The notes under the pieces: generated by a model | The model's database searches: none | What the model saw: only the letters and a program-made list of their open reading frames with translations | What the model was told of the DNA's origin: nothing | Shown: piece after piece, positions 52,776 to 64,000 of the stretch | Numbering within the stretch: the stretch's first letter is position 1 | Layout of the letters: every line of letters begins with the position of its first letter | DNA from: Octopus sinensis | Taxonomy: Eukaryota | Direction of reading: 5' to 3' | DNA length: 64,000 nt | Assembly (NCBI RefSeq): GCF_006345805.1 | Contig: NC_043013.1 | Span: 26,598,001-26,662,000 of the forward strand | Position numbers and translations under genes: made by a program

Positions 52776-53127
52776 GCAAATTTTTCAGAGGCTTTTTTCA
52801 GAACACGCAGATATACGACATCAAGAACGAAAATATCCTTCTCAAAAATACTGTGTCTTGTTGATTCACAGACGAAGAATAAAATTCACTTCGATTTCGG
52901 GAAGTAACACACGTGCGTTTTAACACGTGTATTCGCGAGTATGTTCTAGTTGCAAATACTACATCAAAAGCGAAAATATTCTTCTCAAATACAGTGACTT
53001 GTTGTACTATCACTTATATTCGCTTTGCAGACAATTTCGCTTCTGATAACATCGATCTCTGGAAGGACTTCTTTAATATTTAGGAGAGACACGTTAACAC
53101 ACTTGTTGTTAGTTCAGCGCCATCTTA

Positions 53128-53132
53128 TATAT

Positions 53133-53212
<80 letters not shown>

Positions 53213-53402
53213 CAATATATATATATATATATAAATATACACACATATATATATAATATATATACATATATATACATATATATATATAATATACTATATA
53301 TACATATTATACATATATATATATATATACATATATAATATATATATATATATATATAATATATATATACATATAATATATATACATATATATATATATA
53401 TA
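53128..53402. repeat. (TA)n-rich array
   Basis: Direct reading. Confidence 0.95.
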
Positions 53403-53500
53403 TTGATAAAACGGTAAGATAACAAAAGAAAGAAAGAGACCTCAATATTATGTAAATAGAGGAATTTATCTATACAATATGTTACATTACTCGGTAGTCA

Positions 53501-53563
53501 AGATAAAACTCTGAGTTTCAGATGCCGAAGTGGAAATCCACAACACCATCTCTTCGGTTATCT
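53501..53563 (-). ncRNA. Variant type I hammerhead ribozyme in the Penelope 3' UTR
   Basis: AGATAA-CCGAAGA-GATG...CATC-T-GAAA-CTC-A-GAGT-T-TTATCT; stems I-III pair, core has U4C and one extra U. Confidence 0.55.
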
Positions 53564-53753
53564 GGCTATTTGAAAACGTTATGAAAAATACCGTTAAAAA
53601 TGAAGGGAATTACTCTGTTATAACTCTGCTTTGCCTGCGTACTTATACATCGCTCGCATTTTTCGTCATAAAAATTATATAAAATACATAAAAATATATA
53701 AAAATATATAAAAATATATAAATCTTCTTGGGACATAACACAGAAAGCATGTT

Positions 53754-54191
53754 CTATCCGTTTTCTTTAGGGGACCAAAAACGTAACAGAAATTTAGTCA
53801 CATGTGGGCATGATCCGAAAAGCTCTGTCCTTGTATTTAGACATGTGGTAGGGTCTAAGCTGCTTTTCCAGATAAGCCATCTCTCCATGTCGCATAAACC
53901 GCACCTTCCGCTGCCGTTAGTATAGGGCTTACATCTGGCCAAAATCTTCCATTGTATGTTATAATCGACACCTTTATCTCTTAAAGACCAAATATGATTG
54001 GATAATTGTGTCGCTTTTCTTTTGTTCCAGTGCCTAAAGCTCAAAGTGTGGTTATTGAACCTGGCCTTGAAATTACCCTCTGTCAGGCCCACGTATTTCT
54101 TCGTCGAAACGGTGTCTTTAGTGGTTATAGAGTTTACGGTAGCTTCATATATGATGGTCTTGGACATGCAAGCTCCATTTAGCGGGCACAA
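53754..54191 (-). pseudogene. GIY-YIG endonuclease domain of the Penelope-like element
   Basis: IIYEA...KYVGLTE...FKARFNNH and a Cys-rich flank; separated from the RT thumb by a frameshift near 54270. Confidence 0.88.
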
Positions 54192-54923
54192 TTCTTTATT
54201 CCTGCATGAACAGCTGTTTTCTTCTTGTGTTTTTTGTATGTTATGATTGATTATGTTTTTAAAATTGGTAGTTGAACTAAACTAATTTTTAAATTGTGTC
54301 TATTAAAGAGTTTCCTATAAGCATGGTTAACTGGAAAATGTCTATCTATCAGTGCTAGGAAATATTTACCTATATTGAAGGCCACCTCGGGTGAGTAAGG
54401 GGGCGTAAACCAGATGACCTTCCTATTTCTATTATTCCTTTTCCTTATTGTTGGGCTGGTGATAGGTGTATATTTTATTTTTTCGCTAAAACCACTATCT
54501 TTTAAAGCTTTATTATAAACTGGGGCAACGCTATTGAAGATGTCCTCATTATTGTTGATTTTTATGCCTCTATCTCTGGATTAACTGGTGCTAGAGTGAG
54601 CAATATAGTGACCACTCTCTTATATTTATTTTGTAAAAATATTATACTATGTTATAAAATATTATAATAATCCAGGTTTCTCGTAGCACTAGGCCACTTG
54701 GTGTTGAATAAATATACTATTAAATTAGTATCTAATTCTCTCACCCTTATTAATTAATTATAATTATGCTGCATTTATTTCTAAATGCTGTATTTGTTCT
54801 CCGTGAAAGTTTGGCGCGCTGTTGGTTGGGGCATTTGAATTATAACGTCGGATGTAATCAATTGAACCACACGCGTATTTATCGTTATGGTAAAATCTGG
54901 CGTGTGATTGAGTGGATTTCATC

Positions 54924-55018
54924 CAGATAGTCTTGGCTGACGAGCTACAAATGGATTTTTTGTAAGTAATATTACATTTAATTCATTAATAGCGAAACAA
55001 TTGTCCCAAAATAATCTG
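54924..55018 (+). ncRNA. Type I hammerhead ribozyme, copy 1 (predicted cleavage after C55005)
   Basis: TTGG-CTGACGA-GCTA...TAGC-GAAAC-AATT-GTC-CCAA; canonical core with all three stems. Confidence 0.88.
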
Positions 55019-55454
55019 TATTTTGTTATTTTTTATTTGCCCTGTCCGTGTGAGCTAACAGTCGTACTGGCTTTCATGGCAAGCATGTATTTTCGTGGTT
55101 GAAACCTTTTGGATTAACTGGTGCTAGAGTGAGCATATAGTGACCACTCTCTTATATTTATTTTGTAAAAATATTATAATATGTTATAAAAATTATAATA
55201 ATCCAGGTTTCTCGTAGCACTAGGCCACTTGGTGTTGAATAAATATACTATTAATTAGTATCTAATTCTCTCACCCTTATTAATTAATTATAATTATGCT
55301 GCATTTATTTCTAAATGCTGTATTTGTTCTCCGTGAAAGTTTTTGGCGCGCTGTTGGTTGGGGCATTTGAATTATAACGTCGGATGTAATCAATTGAACC
55401 ACACGCGTATTTATCGTTATGGTAAAATCTGGCGTGTGATTGAGTGGATTTCTC

Positions 55455-55549
55455 CAGATAGTCTTGGCTGACGAGCTACAAATGGATTTTTTGTAAGTAA
55501 TATTACATTTAATTCATTAATAGCGAAACAATTGTCCCAAAATAATCTG
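55455..55549 (+). ncRNA. Type I hammerhead ribozyme, copy 2 (predicted cleavage after C55536)
   Basis: Identical core; CTGACGA at 55468-55474. Confidence 0.88.
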
Positions 55550-55987
55550 TATTTTGTTATTATTTTTTATTTGCCCTGTCCGTGTGAGCTAACAGTCGTA
55601 CTGGCTTTCATGGCAAGCATGTATTTTCGTGGTTGAAACCTTTTGGATTAACTGTGCTAGAGTGAGCAATATAGTGACCACTCTCTTATATTTATTTTGT
55701 AAAAATATTATAATATGTTATAAAATATTATAATAATCCAGGTTTCTCGTAGCACTAGGCCACTTGGTGTTGAATAAATATACTATTAAATTAGTATCTA
55801 ATTCTCTCACCCTTATTAATTAATTATAATTATTGCTGCATTTATCTAAATGCTGTATTTGTTCTCCGTGAAAGTTTGGCGCGCTGTTGGTTGGGGCATT
55901 TGAATTAAAACGTCGGATGTAATCAATTGAACCACACGCGTATTATCATTATGGTAAAATCTGGCGTGTGATTGAGTGGATTTCATC

Positions 55988-56082
55988 CAGATAGTCTTGG
56001 CTGACGAGCTACAAATGGATTTTTTGTAAGTAATATTACATTTAATTCATTAATAGCGAAACAATTGTCCCAAAATAATCTG
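55988..56082 (+). ncRNA. Type I hammerhead ribozyme, copy 3 (predicted cleavage after C56069)
   Basis: Identical core; CTGACGA at 56001-56007. Confidence 0.88.
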
Positions 56083-56226
56083 TATTTTGTTATTTTTTAT
56101 TTGCCCTGTCCGTGTGAGCTAACAGTCGTACTGGCTTTCATGGGAAGCATGTATTTTCGTGGTTGAAACCTTTTGGATTAACTGGTGCTAGAGTGAGCAA
56201 TATAGTGACCCACTCCTCTATTTATT

Positions 56227-56297
<71 letters not shown>

Positions 56298-56301
<4 letters not shown>

Positions 56302-56625
56302 GGAGCACTCCATCTGTTACGATGATGTGGGTCCCAGCTGATACATTCAATGGAACAGCTTACTCGTGAAATTAACGTGCAAGTGGCTGAGCACTCCACA
56401 GACACACATACCCCCAACATAGCTCTTAGGGAGATTCAGCGTGACACAGAGTGTGACAAGGCTGGGCCCCTGAAATACAGGTACTACTCATTTTTATCAG
56501 CCGAGTGGACTGGTGCAATGTGAAATAAAGTGTCTTGCTCAAGGACACAACGCATCACTGGGAATTGAACTCACAACCTTACAATCATGAACCGAATGCC
56601 CCTAACCACTAAGCTACACACCTTC
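56298..56625 (-). mobile_element. SINE family C
   Basis: Reverse complement of the 28637-28950 type (AAGTGTCTTGCTCAAGGACAC). Confidence 0.75.
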
Positions 56626-56744
56626 AGCGATAGAATAAGCAGCAGAGGTTGATAAAATGATAAGTATTGATATTAACATCCCAGTTTAAGGGTGTTGGAT
56701 TGGTAGAATATATACCAATCTATATATACATATATGTATATATA

Positions 56745-57020
56745 TTACCTGACTGGCTCCCATGCCAGTGGCACATAAAATGTGCCATCTGAATATGGTC
56801 GATGCCAGTGCCTCCTGACTGGCGCCCTTACCGGTGGCATGTAAAAAGCACCCACTACACTCTCACAGTGGTTGGCATTATGAAGGGCATCCAGCTGTAG
56901 AAATATTGCTAGATCAGATTGAAGCCTGGTGCAGCCCACTGGCTTGCCAGACCTCAGTCAAACCATCCAACCGTCCAACTCATGCCAGCATGGAAAGTGG
57001 ATATTAAATGATGATGATGG

Positions 57021-57052
<32 letters not shown>

Positions 57053-57055
57053 GTG
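56745..57055 (+). mobile_element. RTE-3'-derived repeat with (GAT)n tail
   Basis: Homology to 10050-10352. Confidence 0.75.
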
Positions 57056-57070
57056 ATATATATATATATA

Positions 57071-57303
57071 CAGGGTTGGCCAAAAGTCACCCAATAGTAA
57101 ATCAAAAATTCCATAAGTACTTAAAATTCAATTTTATTTATTCATTCTAATTACGAATGTTCAATAATTAAATGCTGTGTGTTAAAATCGCCGATTTTTT
57201 CAACATTTGTCTATTAGCGAAGTCTCATATAAAATAAATTTTTGTTTTAATCTTGGAATTAAATGGTTCTGATTTACTGTCTGGTGACTTTTGGCCAACC
57301 CTG
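57071..57303. mobile_element. Tc1/mariner MITE, 233 bp
   Basis: Perfect 21-bp TIR CAGGGTTGGCCAAAAGTCACC (imperfect to about 34 bp), flanked by TA on both sides. Confidence 0.92.
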
Positions 57304-57351
57304 TATATATATATATGGTTTATAGATTAGAGAGAAGTATTTTCTGTATAG

Positions 57352-58232
57352 AATATGGGGTCTGATCAATAAGTAATGAAGCTAAAGCATGCAGAGTGAA
57401 GCTGCTTAGCAAAGACTGACCTTCAACTCTGTTGTGTATGTGCACTAAGTTTTCACATTCTAGCTCACTTCTGCTGTTTACAGCAGTGCTTGGAAGGAAG
57501 GTGTGTAGCATGTGACCATCACATTGATCATGACAGAGAAAGTTGTCATGGCGATACCTGCTCAGATGCCTATGCAAAGTTGCAGAAAGTATATGGACAG
57601 AAGTGTATGAGCTGCACACAAGTGTACAAGTGGTCAGATGTTTCCAAGATGGCTGAAAAATGTCGTTATTGATAAACGTTCTAGGAGATCTGAAACCAGC
57701 AGAACTGAGAATATCATCACAAATGTGCATGCAGCTGTGAGGAGAAATCATTGAATCATCATCTATGAGTTATCAGAGGATGTGCAAATTAGTTACAGTT
57801 CAGTTCAGTCCATTATTGCTGAAGATTTGGGTATGAGATGCATGTCTGCCACGTTTGAGCCAAAATTGCTTTCAGCTCATCAAAAAGACACTCAGGTTTC
57901 AGTTGTACAAGATCTCCTTGATTGTGTTGCAAACAATGAAAACTTTCAGGAAACTTTGCGTAGGAGTCTGACCAGATATCACCAACGTCTTGACAAACTT
58001 TGATGCAGATTCTCTGTTCAACTTTCTCTGCTGTGGTTAATGCAATGATCACATGCCAAACACCTTCCTTCCAAGCACTGCTGTAAACAGTGGAAGCGAG
58101 CTAAAATATTAAAACTCAGTACACATGCACAGCAAAATTCAAAGTTAATCTTTGCCAAGCGGCTCCATTCTACATGCCTTAGCTTTGTTACTATGAGAAC
58201 AGTCCGGATACTTATTGATCAGGCCACAAATA
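57352..58232 (+). mobile_element. Non-autonomous mariner derivative with HTH remnant
   Basis: TIR core GGYCTGATCAATAAGTA at both ends; remnant DAYAKLQKVYGQKCMSCTQVYKW...ISYSSVQSIIAEDLGMR. Confidence 0.8.
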
Positions 58233-58248
58233 TATACATATATATATA

Positions 58249-58388
<140 letters not shown>

Positions 58389-59627
58389 CAGGGTACGTAA
58401 AATTTTGAGGACGATTTATGTTTATTAAAAAACAGATATATATATAACAGTAATAACAGATAATAACTTTCTAAAAAAATGCTATGAGGATAAAAATAAA
58501 CCTTCTTTTCTATAATGTTGTTCAATAAAGTCACCTTCAGCTTCCACAATTGCTTCTATTTGGGATCAAAATCGTCTACATGCTTGAATCAAGTGGTCCT
58601 GGTTCATTTTGGACATTATTCTGACTATGGCAGCTTTCAAAGAATCTTTGGTGTAATGAGCATGTTCATTGACCTCTCTTTCAATGACACTCCACATGTA
58701 ATAATCCAATGGATTACGATCTGGGGAATTAAGAAGCCAAATGTTAGGGGTTATGCAATCTTCAAAATTTTCAGCCATCCATTCCTGTGTTACTAGAGCC
58801 ATGTGTAATAGTGCAGAGTCTTACTGAAACACATATGGCCTTCCATTGCATACACTGTCTATCCAGGGCTTAACAATTGTTTCCAGGACCTCAATGTCGG
58901 TAGCAGAGTTAACTCTAAGGCCTTGTGGAAAGAAGTACTTCATTTCTAACAACTCCTAAAACCATGACAGCTGCAAGAAATTTTCTATGCATAACACTTG
59001 CAACTTCAGAAGGGTCTACATATAACGATCTCTCATTACTTCTGTTAACTTTTTGATCTTGGTTGAAGTTTTTCTCATTTGAGAAAAAACAAATCAAATC
59101 TGCTGGATTTTTCAGTTTGATTAAGAGCCTTTTATATCTGATGTAGTGATTTTCTTTTGCGTTTTCTGACAAATTGACCTTTCCTCATCATATAAGACTT
59201 ATATCCGATGTCTTTGTGAACAACATTTCTGACTGTTCCTTCTGACACCTGGAGATTTTTTACAATTGTCCTCATGGACGTTCTGGGATTATAATCAATG
59301 GTCTATTGAACTTGCTGGATAAATTCAGGTGTTCTGATGATTTCAGAGCATTTAAAATGCTTTTTATGCTTTGATACTGGTGATATGTTTCCATCTTCAG
59401 TCTCTAGCTCCTTACAAACTTTGTAGATGAAAGACCTGGCAACTTTTCAAAATTGAGATATTTCTAAATCGCTTTGCTCAGCCTTTATAATTACAATAAT
59501 AGCATGCCTTTTCTTGTGTCAGCTGAGGGTCTGCCATTATTATTTTCTGAAACAAAGGTTATACAGAGTTAGCAAAAAATGCAGCAATGACCCAAAAAAG
59601 GTATGTCCTCAAATACCATGCACACTG
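58389..59627 (-). mobile_element. Decayed Tc1/mariner transposon of maT (DD37D-like) type
   Basis: FFSNEKNF...AAVMVLGVV and WLLNSPDRNPLDYYMW; degenerate TIRs CAG.GT........TTTGAGGAC; 1.24 kb. Confidence 0.75.
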
Positions 59628-59649
59628 TGTATGTGTGTGTGTGTGTATA

Positions 59650-59860
59650 GGGTGGTGGGCTAGTAGAATCGTTAGTGGTATTTCGTCTACCGTTATGTTC
59701 AGATTTCAAATTCCGCCAGGCTAGACTTTGCCTTTCATCCATTCAGGGTCAATTAAATAAGTACCAGTTATTCACTGGGGTCGATGTAATCGACTTAATC
59801 CCTTTGTTTTTCCCCTCTATATATTTCTTTATATCCCCCTCCGTGGGCAATAAAGAAATA
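59650..59860 (+). mobile_element. SINE family A
   Basis: Homology to 15717-15947. Confidence 0.75.
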
Positions 59861-59892
59861 TATATATGTGTGTGTGTGTGTGTATATGTATA

Positions 59893-60271
59893 TCTATATA
59901 TATAAAGCTGAAGTTGTCTGTGTATGGCAGGTTTGGTAGCCTTTAACTAACACTATCTTCTCCCAGACCCTGCGGCGCAAGTTAACCAAAATTGAGGGTA
60001 TGATAGGAGAAGGCTTGCTCTTCCTTCTGTAGAAGAAAAAATTCAAATCGAACCATGTTAACACCAAAAATTATTTACATCAAAAAGGTACTTTTTTTCT
60101 ATGAAAATCCCTATTTTTTACGATTTTTTTTACTGCTGTGTCGCCATTTTTCGGTGTATTTCAACCAGAAAAATGTTCACTTAAAGTTACATAATGCAAA
60201 ATTTTTACTTTTCAAAAATTCCAATTCTAAAGGGTCGAAACAAACCTGAGCAACGCTGGGTGATGCTGCTA

Positions 60272-60272
<1 letters not shown>
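59893..60272 (+). mobile_element. Non-autonomous Helitron, 380 bp
   Basis: 5' TC, 3' CTAG, sits between A and T, subterminal imperfect hairpin CCTGAGCAACGCTGGG at 60245-60260. Confidence 0.7.
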
Positions 60273-60324
<52 letters not shown>

Positions 60325-60771
60325 CATATACACACACATATATATATACATATATATATACACATATATATATAGAATGAAGAAGTGTATTCCCATGTAG
60401 AAAAGATTACAGGACAATTTGTTTTGTAGTTTGAAAATTCATCTGAATCTTGAAATGTAGTCGTTTTTAAATTTTGTAATTGATTTATTCACAAACCAAA
60501 CTTGTTTCGACAATTTTTTGCTTATCAATGGTACAAATATTATCAATGGTACGAAATAAGGATTTAGAAGAGTGTTTAAAGTTGCAAGGTAAAAATTGAA
60601 CAAACATGTTTAAACCATTAAATGTTCAAAGAAATTTCAATGAGTTTCACAGGGATAGATAGTAATATCAATGTAAATGTTTTTGGTGAAGATCATAAAT
60701 GTACATTGAAAGTTCAGTCATATTTATAATATACTTGTATGTGTGTGTATGTATCCAAATCTATCTATTTG

Positions 60772-60858
<87 letters not shown>

Positions 60859-60888
60859 CTATCTATCTATCTATCTATCTATATATAT

Positions 60889-60928
<40 letters not shown>

Positions 60929-60967
60929 GAGTATATGTATATATGTATGTATATATGTATATATATA

Positions 60968-61044
<77 letters not shown>

Positions 61045-61112
61045 GTATATATGTATGTATATATATATATATGTATACACACACACACATATTTCGTCTT
61101 TTATCTTTTACT

Positions 61113-61520
61113 TGTGTCAGTCATTTGGTAATGGCCATGCTGGGGTACCACATTGCAAAATTTGTTTTTTGTCAAATGATTCAACCCCAGTCCTTATTTA
61201 TTTTGTTTTGTAAGACTGGTACTTATTTTATCTGTCTATTTTGCTGAACCACCATATAATGGGGACATAAACACACCAACACCAGTTGCCAAGCAGTGGT
61301 GGAAGACAAACACAGACACAATGATACACACACACACACACACACACACACATACCACATAATTTCCATCTACCAAATTTACTCACAAGGCATTGGTCAC
61401 CCTGGGACTCTTCTAGAAGACACTGAACCAAAGTACTGTGGTATGGAACTGAACCTGAAATGATGTGGTTCTAAAGTGAGCTTCTTAACCACATAGCTAT
61501 GCCTGCATCTACAGCCATGC
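61113..61520 (-). mobile_element. SINE family B
   Basis: Reverse complement of the 26567-26975 type. Confidence 0.75.
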
Positions 61521-61714
61521 CTGGTCTATGTTTTAAACAAATATTCCATTACATCACTTTTAGTAGTTTGTATCATCCAAATTGCATATTGACTAAAACG
61601 AAATAACATCAGTAGAGATGAAAGGCAAAGAGAAGTCCACTGAGATTTAGCGCAATCCAGTTGGATTAATATCCACAAGGATTAAGAAGCAAATCAATGT
61701 ATGGATTGATAGAA

Positions 61715-61855
61715 CCATTAACATACTTGGACAACTGTTTTGCAGTATTTGTTTCAGCTCTTTTGTTTTCTGAGTTCAAATCCTGCCCAGATCAAAATTG
61801 CCTTTCATCATTCCCAGGGTCAATAAAATACTGTCAGGCACTGGATTTGATTTCT
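61715..61855 (+). mobile_element. SINE family A, degraded
   Basis: TCTGAGTTCAAATCC...TTGCCTTTCATC...GGGTCAATAAAATA. Confidence 0.55.
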
Positions 61856-61868
61856 TTCTCCTTCTTCA

Positions 61869-61931
<63 letters not shown>

Positions 61932-62084
61932 CTCTCTCTCTACTCCCTCCCACCTCTCTTTTCATTTCCACTCACTCACAAAAGAAGAATGTGATCACTG
62001 GGGCATCTGGCAAAGTATGGCACATTACGATCATGACAGTTTTGTTGCAGAAAGAAATATATTTATTCCAGTTACAGAATAGAA

Positions 62085-62210
62085 GTGGTACGGTGAAGAA
62101 GTTTGCTTCCGAACCATATGGTTCTGTGTTCAGTCCCACTGTGCAACACCTTCTCTAAATGTCTTCTATTATAGCTCCAGCTTGACCAAGCATAGTGAGT
62201 GGATTTAGTA
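62085..62210 (+). mobile_element. SINE family B, 5' fragment
   Basis: GTGAAGAAGTTTGCTTCC...TTCAGTCCCACTGTG...GTGAGTGGATTT. Confidence 0.6.
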
Positions 62211-62699
62211 GTAGTAGTATAGGGGTATGTGCTGTAACAGTGTGTTGCCCTTGCATCCACCATTTGTTGGTGATTCCCTTCTATTCCTGGCAGATGACAC
62301 CTTTGCACCACTCAGATGATAACCCTCCAACCCATGGGTCTGTTTGAGGTGGTTGTTGCTGGTGAGGGTATGATGCAGTCAGAGTGCAAATCCTACCTCA
62401 ACTTCTTTTAGTCGACTTTTATGACATTCGGAGAAAACATTGAGTCTATTCTTTGCCATGCTTGTTCCCATACAATATGGGCAGAAACTGACAGAAACTC
62501 TAATAACTCCATTTGCTTCTTTCCAATGTTATTTGAATTAACATGAGGAATATTTTTATGTCATATTTTATAGGTGTTTTTGTAACTGTTTTTCCTTTTA
62601 CAATTTTTGTTTATTTTTAAAATTTGAATATATTTTACCTCTTTTCAGACCTGTGATGATGGATTGCCAAGCAGAAAAAAAAAAAGCTTCTCTTTGCTT

Positions 62700-63570
62700 T
62701 CAATCAGGATTCCAAAGCTGTTCAAGACACTTGTGCTGAGTGTGAAGAAGGCACCATTACTAAAAGAACATCATAGAAATGATCTTCTCATTTCAAGGAG
62801 GGGAAATTTGACCTCCCACACTCTCCATGTTCCAACTGACCTGTTCAGTTCAATGAAGATGAACTGAATGAGCTCATCCATGACGATCTGCACCAATGCA
62901 CTTGGGAACTGATCCAGCAGATGGGTTGCTTTCATGATGCCCTAACCTGTCATCTTTACTTGATGCTTAAGGTCCAAAACCTTGGTGTATGGATGCCACA
63001 TGGCGAGAACAAAAGAGACAAACTCCAGCAGTTCTCTATTGCTACCAGTTTGCTTGATCAACACTAGGCTTACTCATGGACACTGAGATTTCTTTATTGT
63101 ACTCTCACCAATGATGAAAAATAGTCTCTTTATGTCAATGTGAACCAGGGGAAAAAACAGCTAAGTCCCAACACAGAGCTATATCCATGCAAGACAATGA
63201 TTTGTGTTTGGATTGATTCACTACAAAAACGTTTGAAGGTAGAGCTTTATGTTTAGCAAATGTACTGGCTCAATGAAATAATCCAGCTGAAAAAACCTGA
63301 CCAGTGACATGGCATACTTCTTCAACGTGACAACGCTTGCCTCCACATAGCTATTTTGATAAAAAATTCAATTAAGAGCTTGGTTACAAAATTCTACCAC
63401 ACCCACCTGGTATAGTGCCTTCACATTATCACCTTTTGCAGTTGCTCTCCAACAGTCTGCAAGGCATTGCATTCAACAATGACATGGAGCTAAACACATG
63501 GCTTAATGAATTCCTCAAGCCAAGACCTGATGATTCCTACCCTTAAGGCATTAACAAACCACTGTAACAC
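62700..63570 (+). mobile_element. Heavily decayed mariner transposase
   Basis: Manual reading gives PVQFNEDELNELIHDD, LGVWMPH, a QRDNA-like motif at about 63320 and ILPHPP at about 63390. Confidence 0.6.
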
Positions 63571-63684
63571 TGACAGGAAGTCATGGACAATGAAGGAGAA
63601 TATATATCATTGATTGATTTGTTTAGATCATTGATGAAAATAAATGGAATAAAAAGAATATTTACCTGACAGCCCAATATATAA

Positions 63685-63728
<44 letters not shown>

Positions 63729-64000
63729 ATTTCAGTAAATCATGCATATGTGCATATGTGTATATATGTGTGTGTTTGTTTACATTTACTGAAGCACAAA
63801 AGCTGCCATTGTCATCTTTTCCCCTGTCAGCAAATTGTCTACTGACTGTTCACCTTTGAAGATGTCCTAACTTGAAAAGCAGAGAAGAGATCTGTTTTAG
63901 TAACAGGGATCTTTTTTTTAAAAACACATACAATGATATTGTTCTTGCTATTTTTAACCACTAAGGGAGCACCTTCATGGTTTGTTGCCCTTACACCAGT

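Larger units (their letters stand above)
53403..54577 (-). mobile_element. Penelope-like retroelement, 5'-truncated (RT thumb, GIY-YIG endonuclease, 3' UTR)
   Basis: Manual translation EDIFNSVAPVYNKALKDSG and VIWFTPPYS...IGKYFLALIDRHF, then CSCRNKELCPLNGAC...IIY...YVGLTEGNFKARFNNH...CGLC. Confidence 0.9.
54578..56220 (+). repeat. Tandem array, 3 units of about 532 bp plus a partial unit, non-coding, one hammerhead per unit
   Basis: TGGATTAAC unit start at 54578, 55110, 55644 and 56174. Confidence 0.95.

Noticed and set aside
54578-56220. CRISPR array or Pol III gene interpretation of the 532-bp units
   Set aside because: No spacers; the B-box-like GGTTGAAACC has no properly spaced A box

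Overview
AT-rich, microsatellite-dense eukaryotic DNA made almost entirely of transposable elements and simple repeats. The repeat repertoire is most consistent with an octopod cephalopod (inference from pattern recognition, no search run). I found no host protein-coding exon, tRNA, rRNA or CRISPR array; most track ORFs are translated microsatellites or antisense frames. Identifiable contents: four decayed R4/Dong-like non-LTR elements; a POGK-like pogo transposon; a young 5'-truncated RTE LINE with a PHD finger inside its RT; a Gypsy LTR-plus-integrase fragment with a clean CTAG target duplication; a Crypton-like tyrosine-recombinase remnant; a nearly full-length CR1-type LINE with a CCCH finger in ORF1; a Merlin-like foldback element (about 620-bp TIRs, 8-bp TSD); several Tc1/mariner fossils and MITEs; a non-autonomous Helitron; and four SINE-like families. 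The highlight is 53403-56220. There a Penelope-like (GIY-YIG) retroelement carrying a variant hammerhead ribozyme is fused head-to-head to a non-coding tandem array of three ~532-bp units. Each unit holds a canonical type I hammerhead with a palindromic stem III, which makes the array a candidate retrozyme / circular-RNA-producing system.
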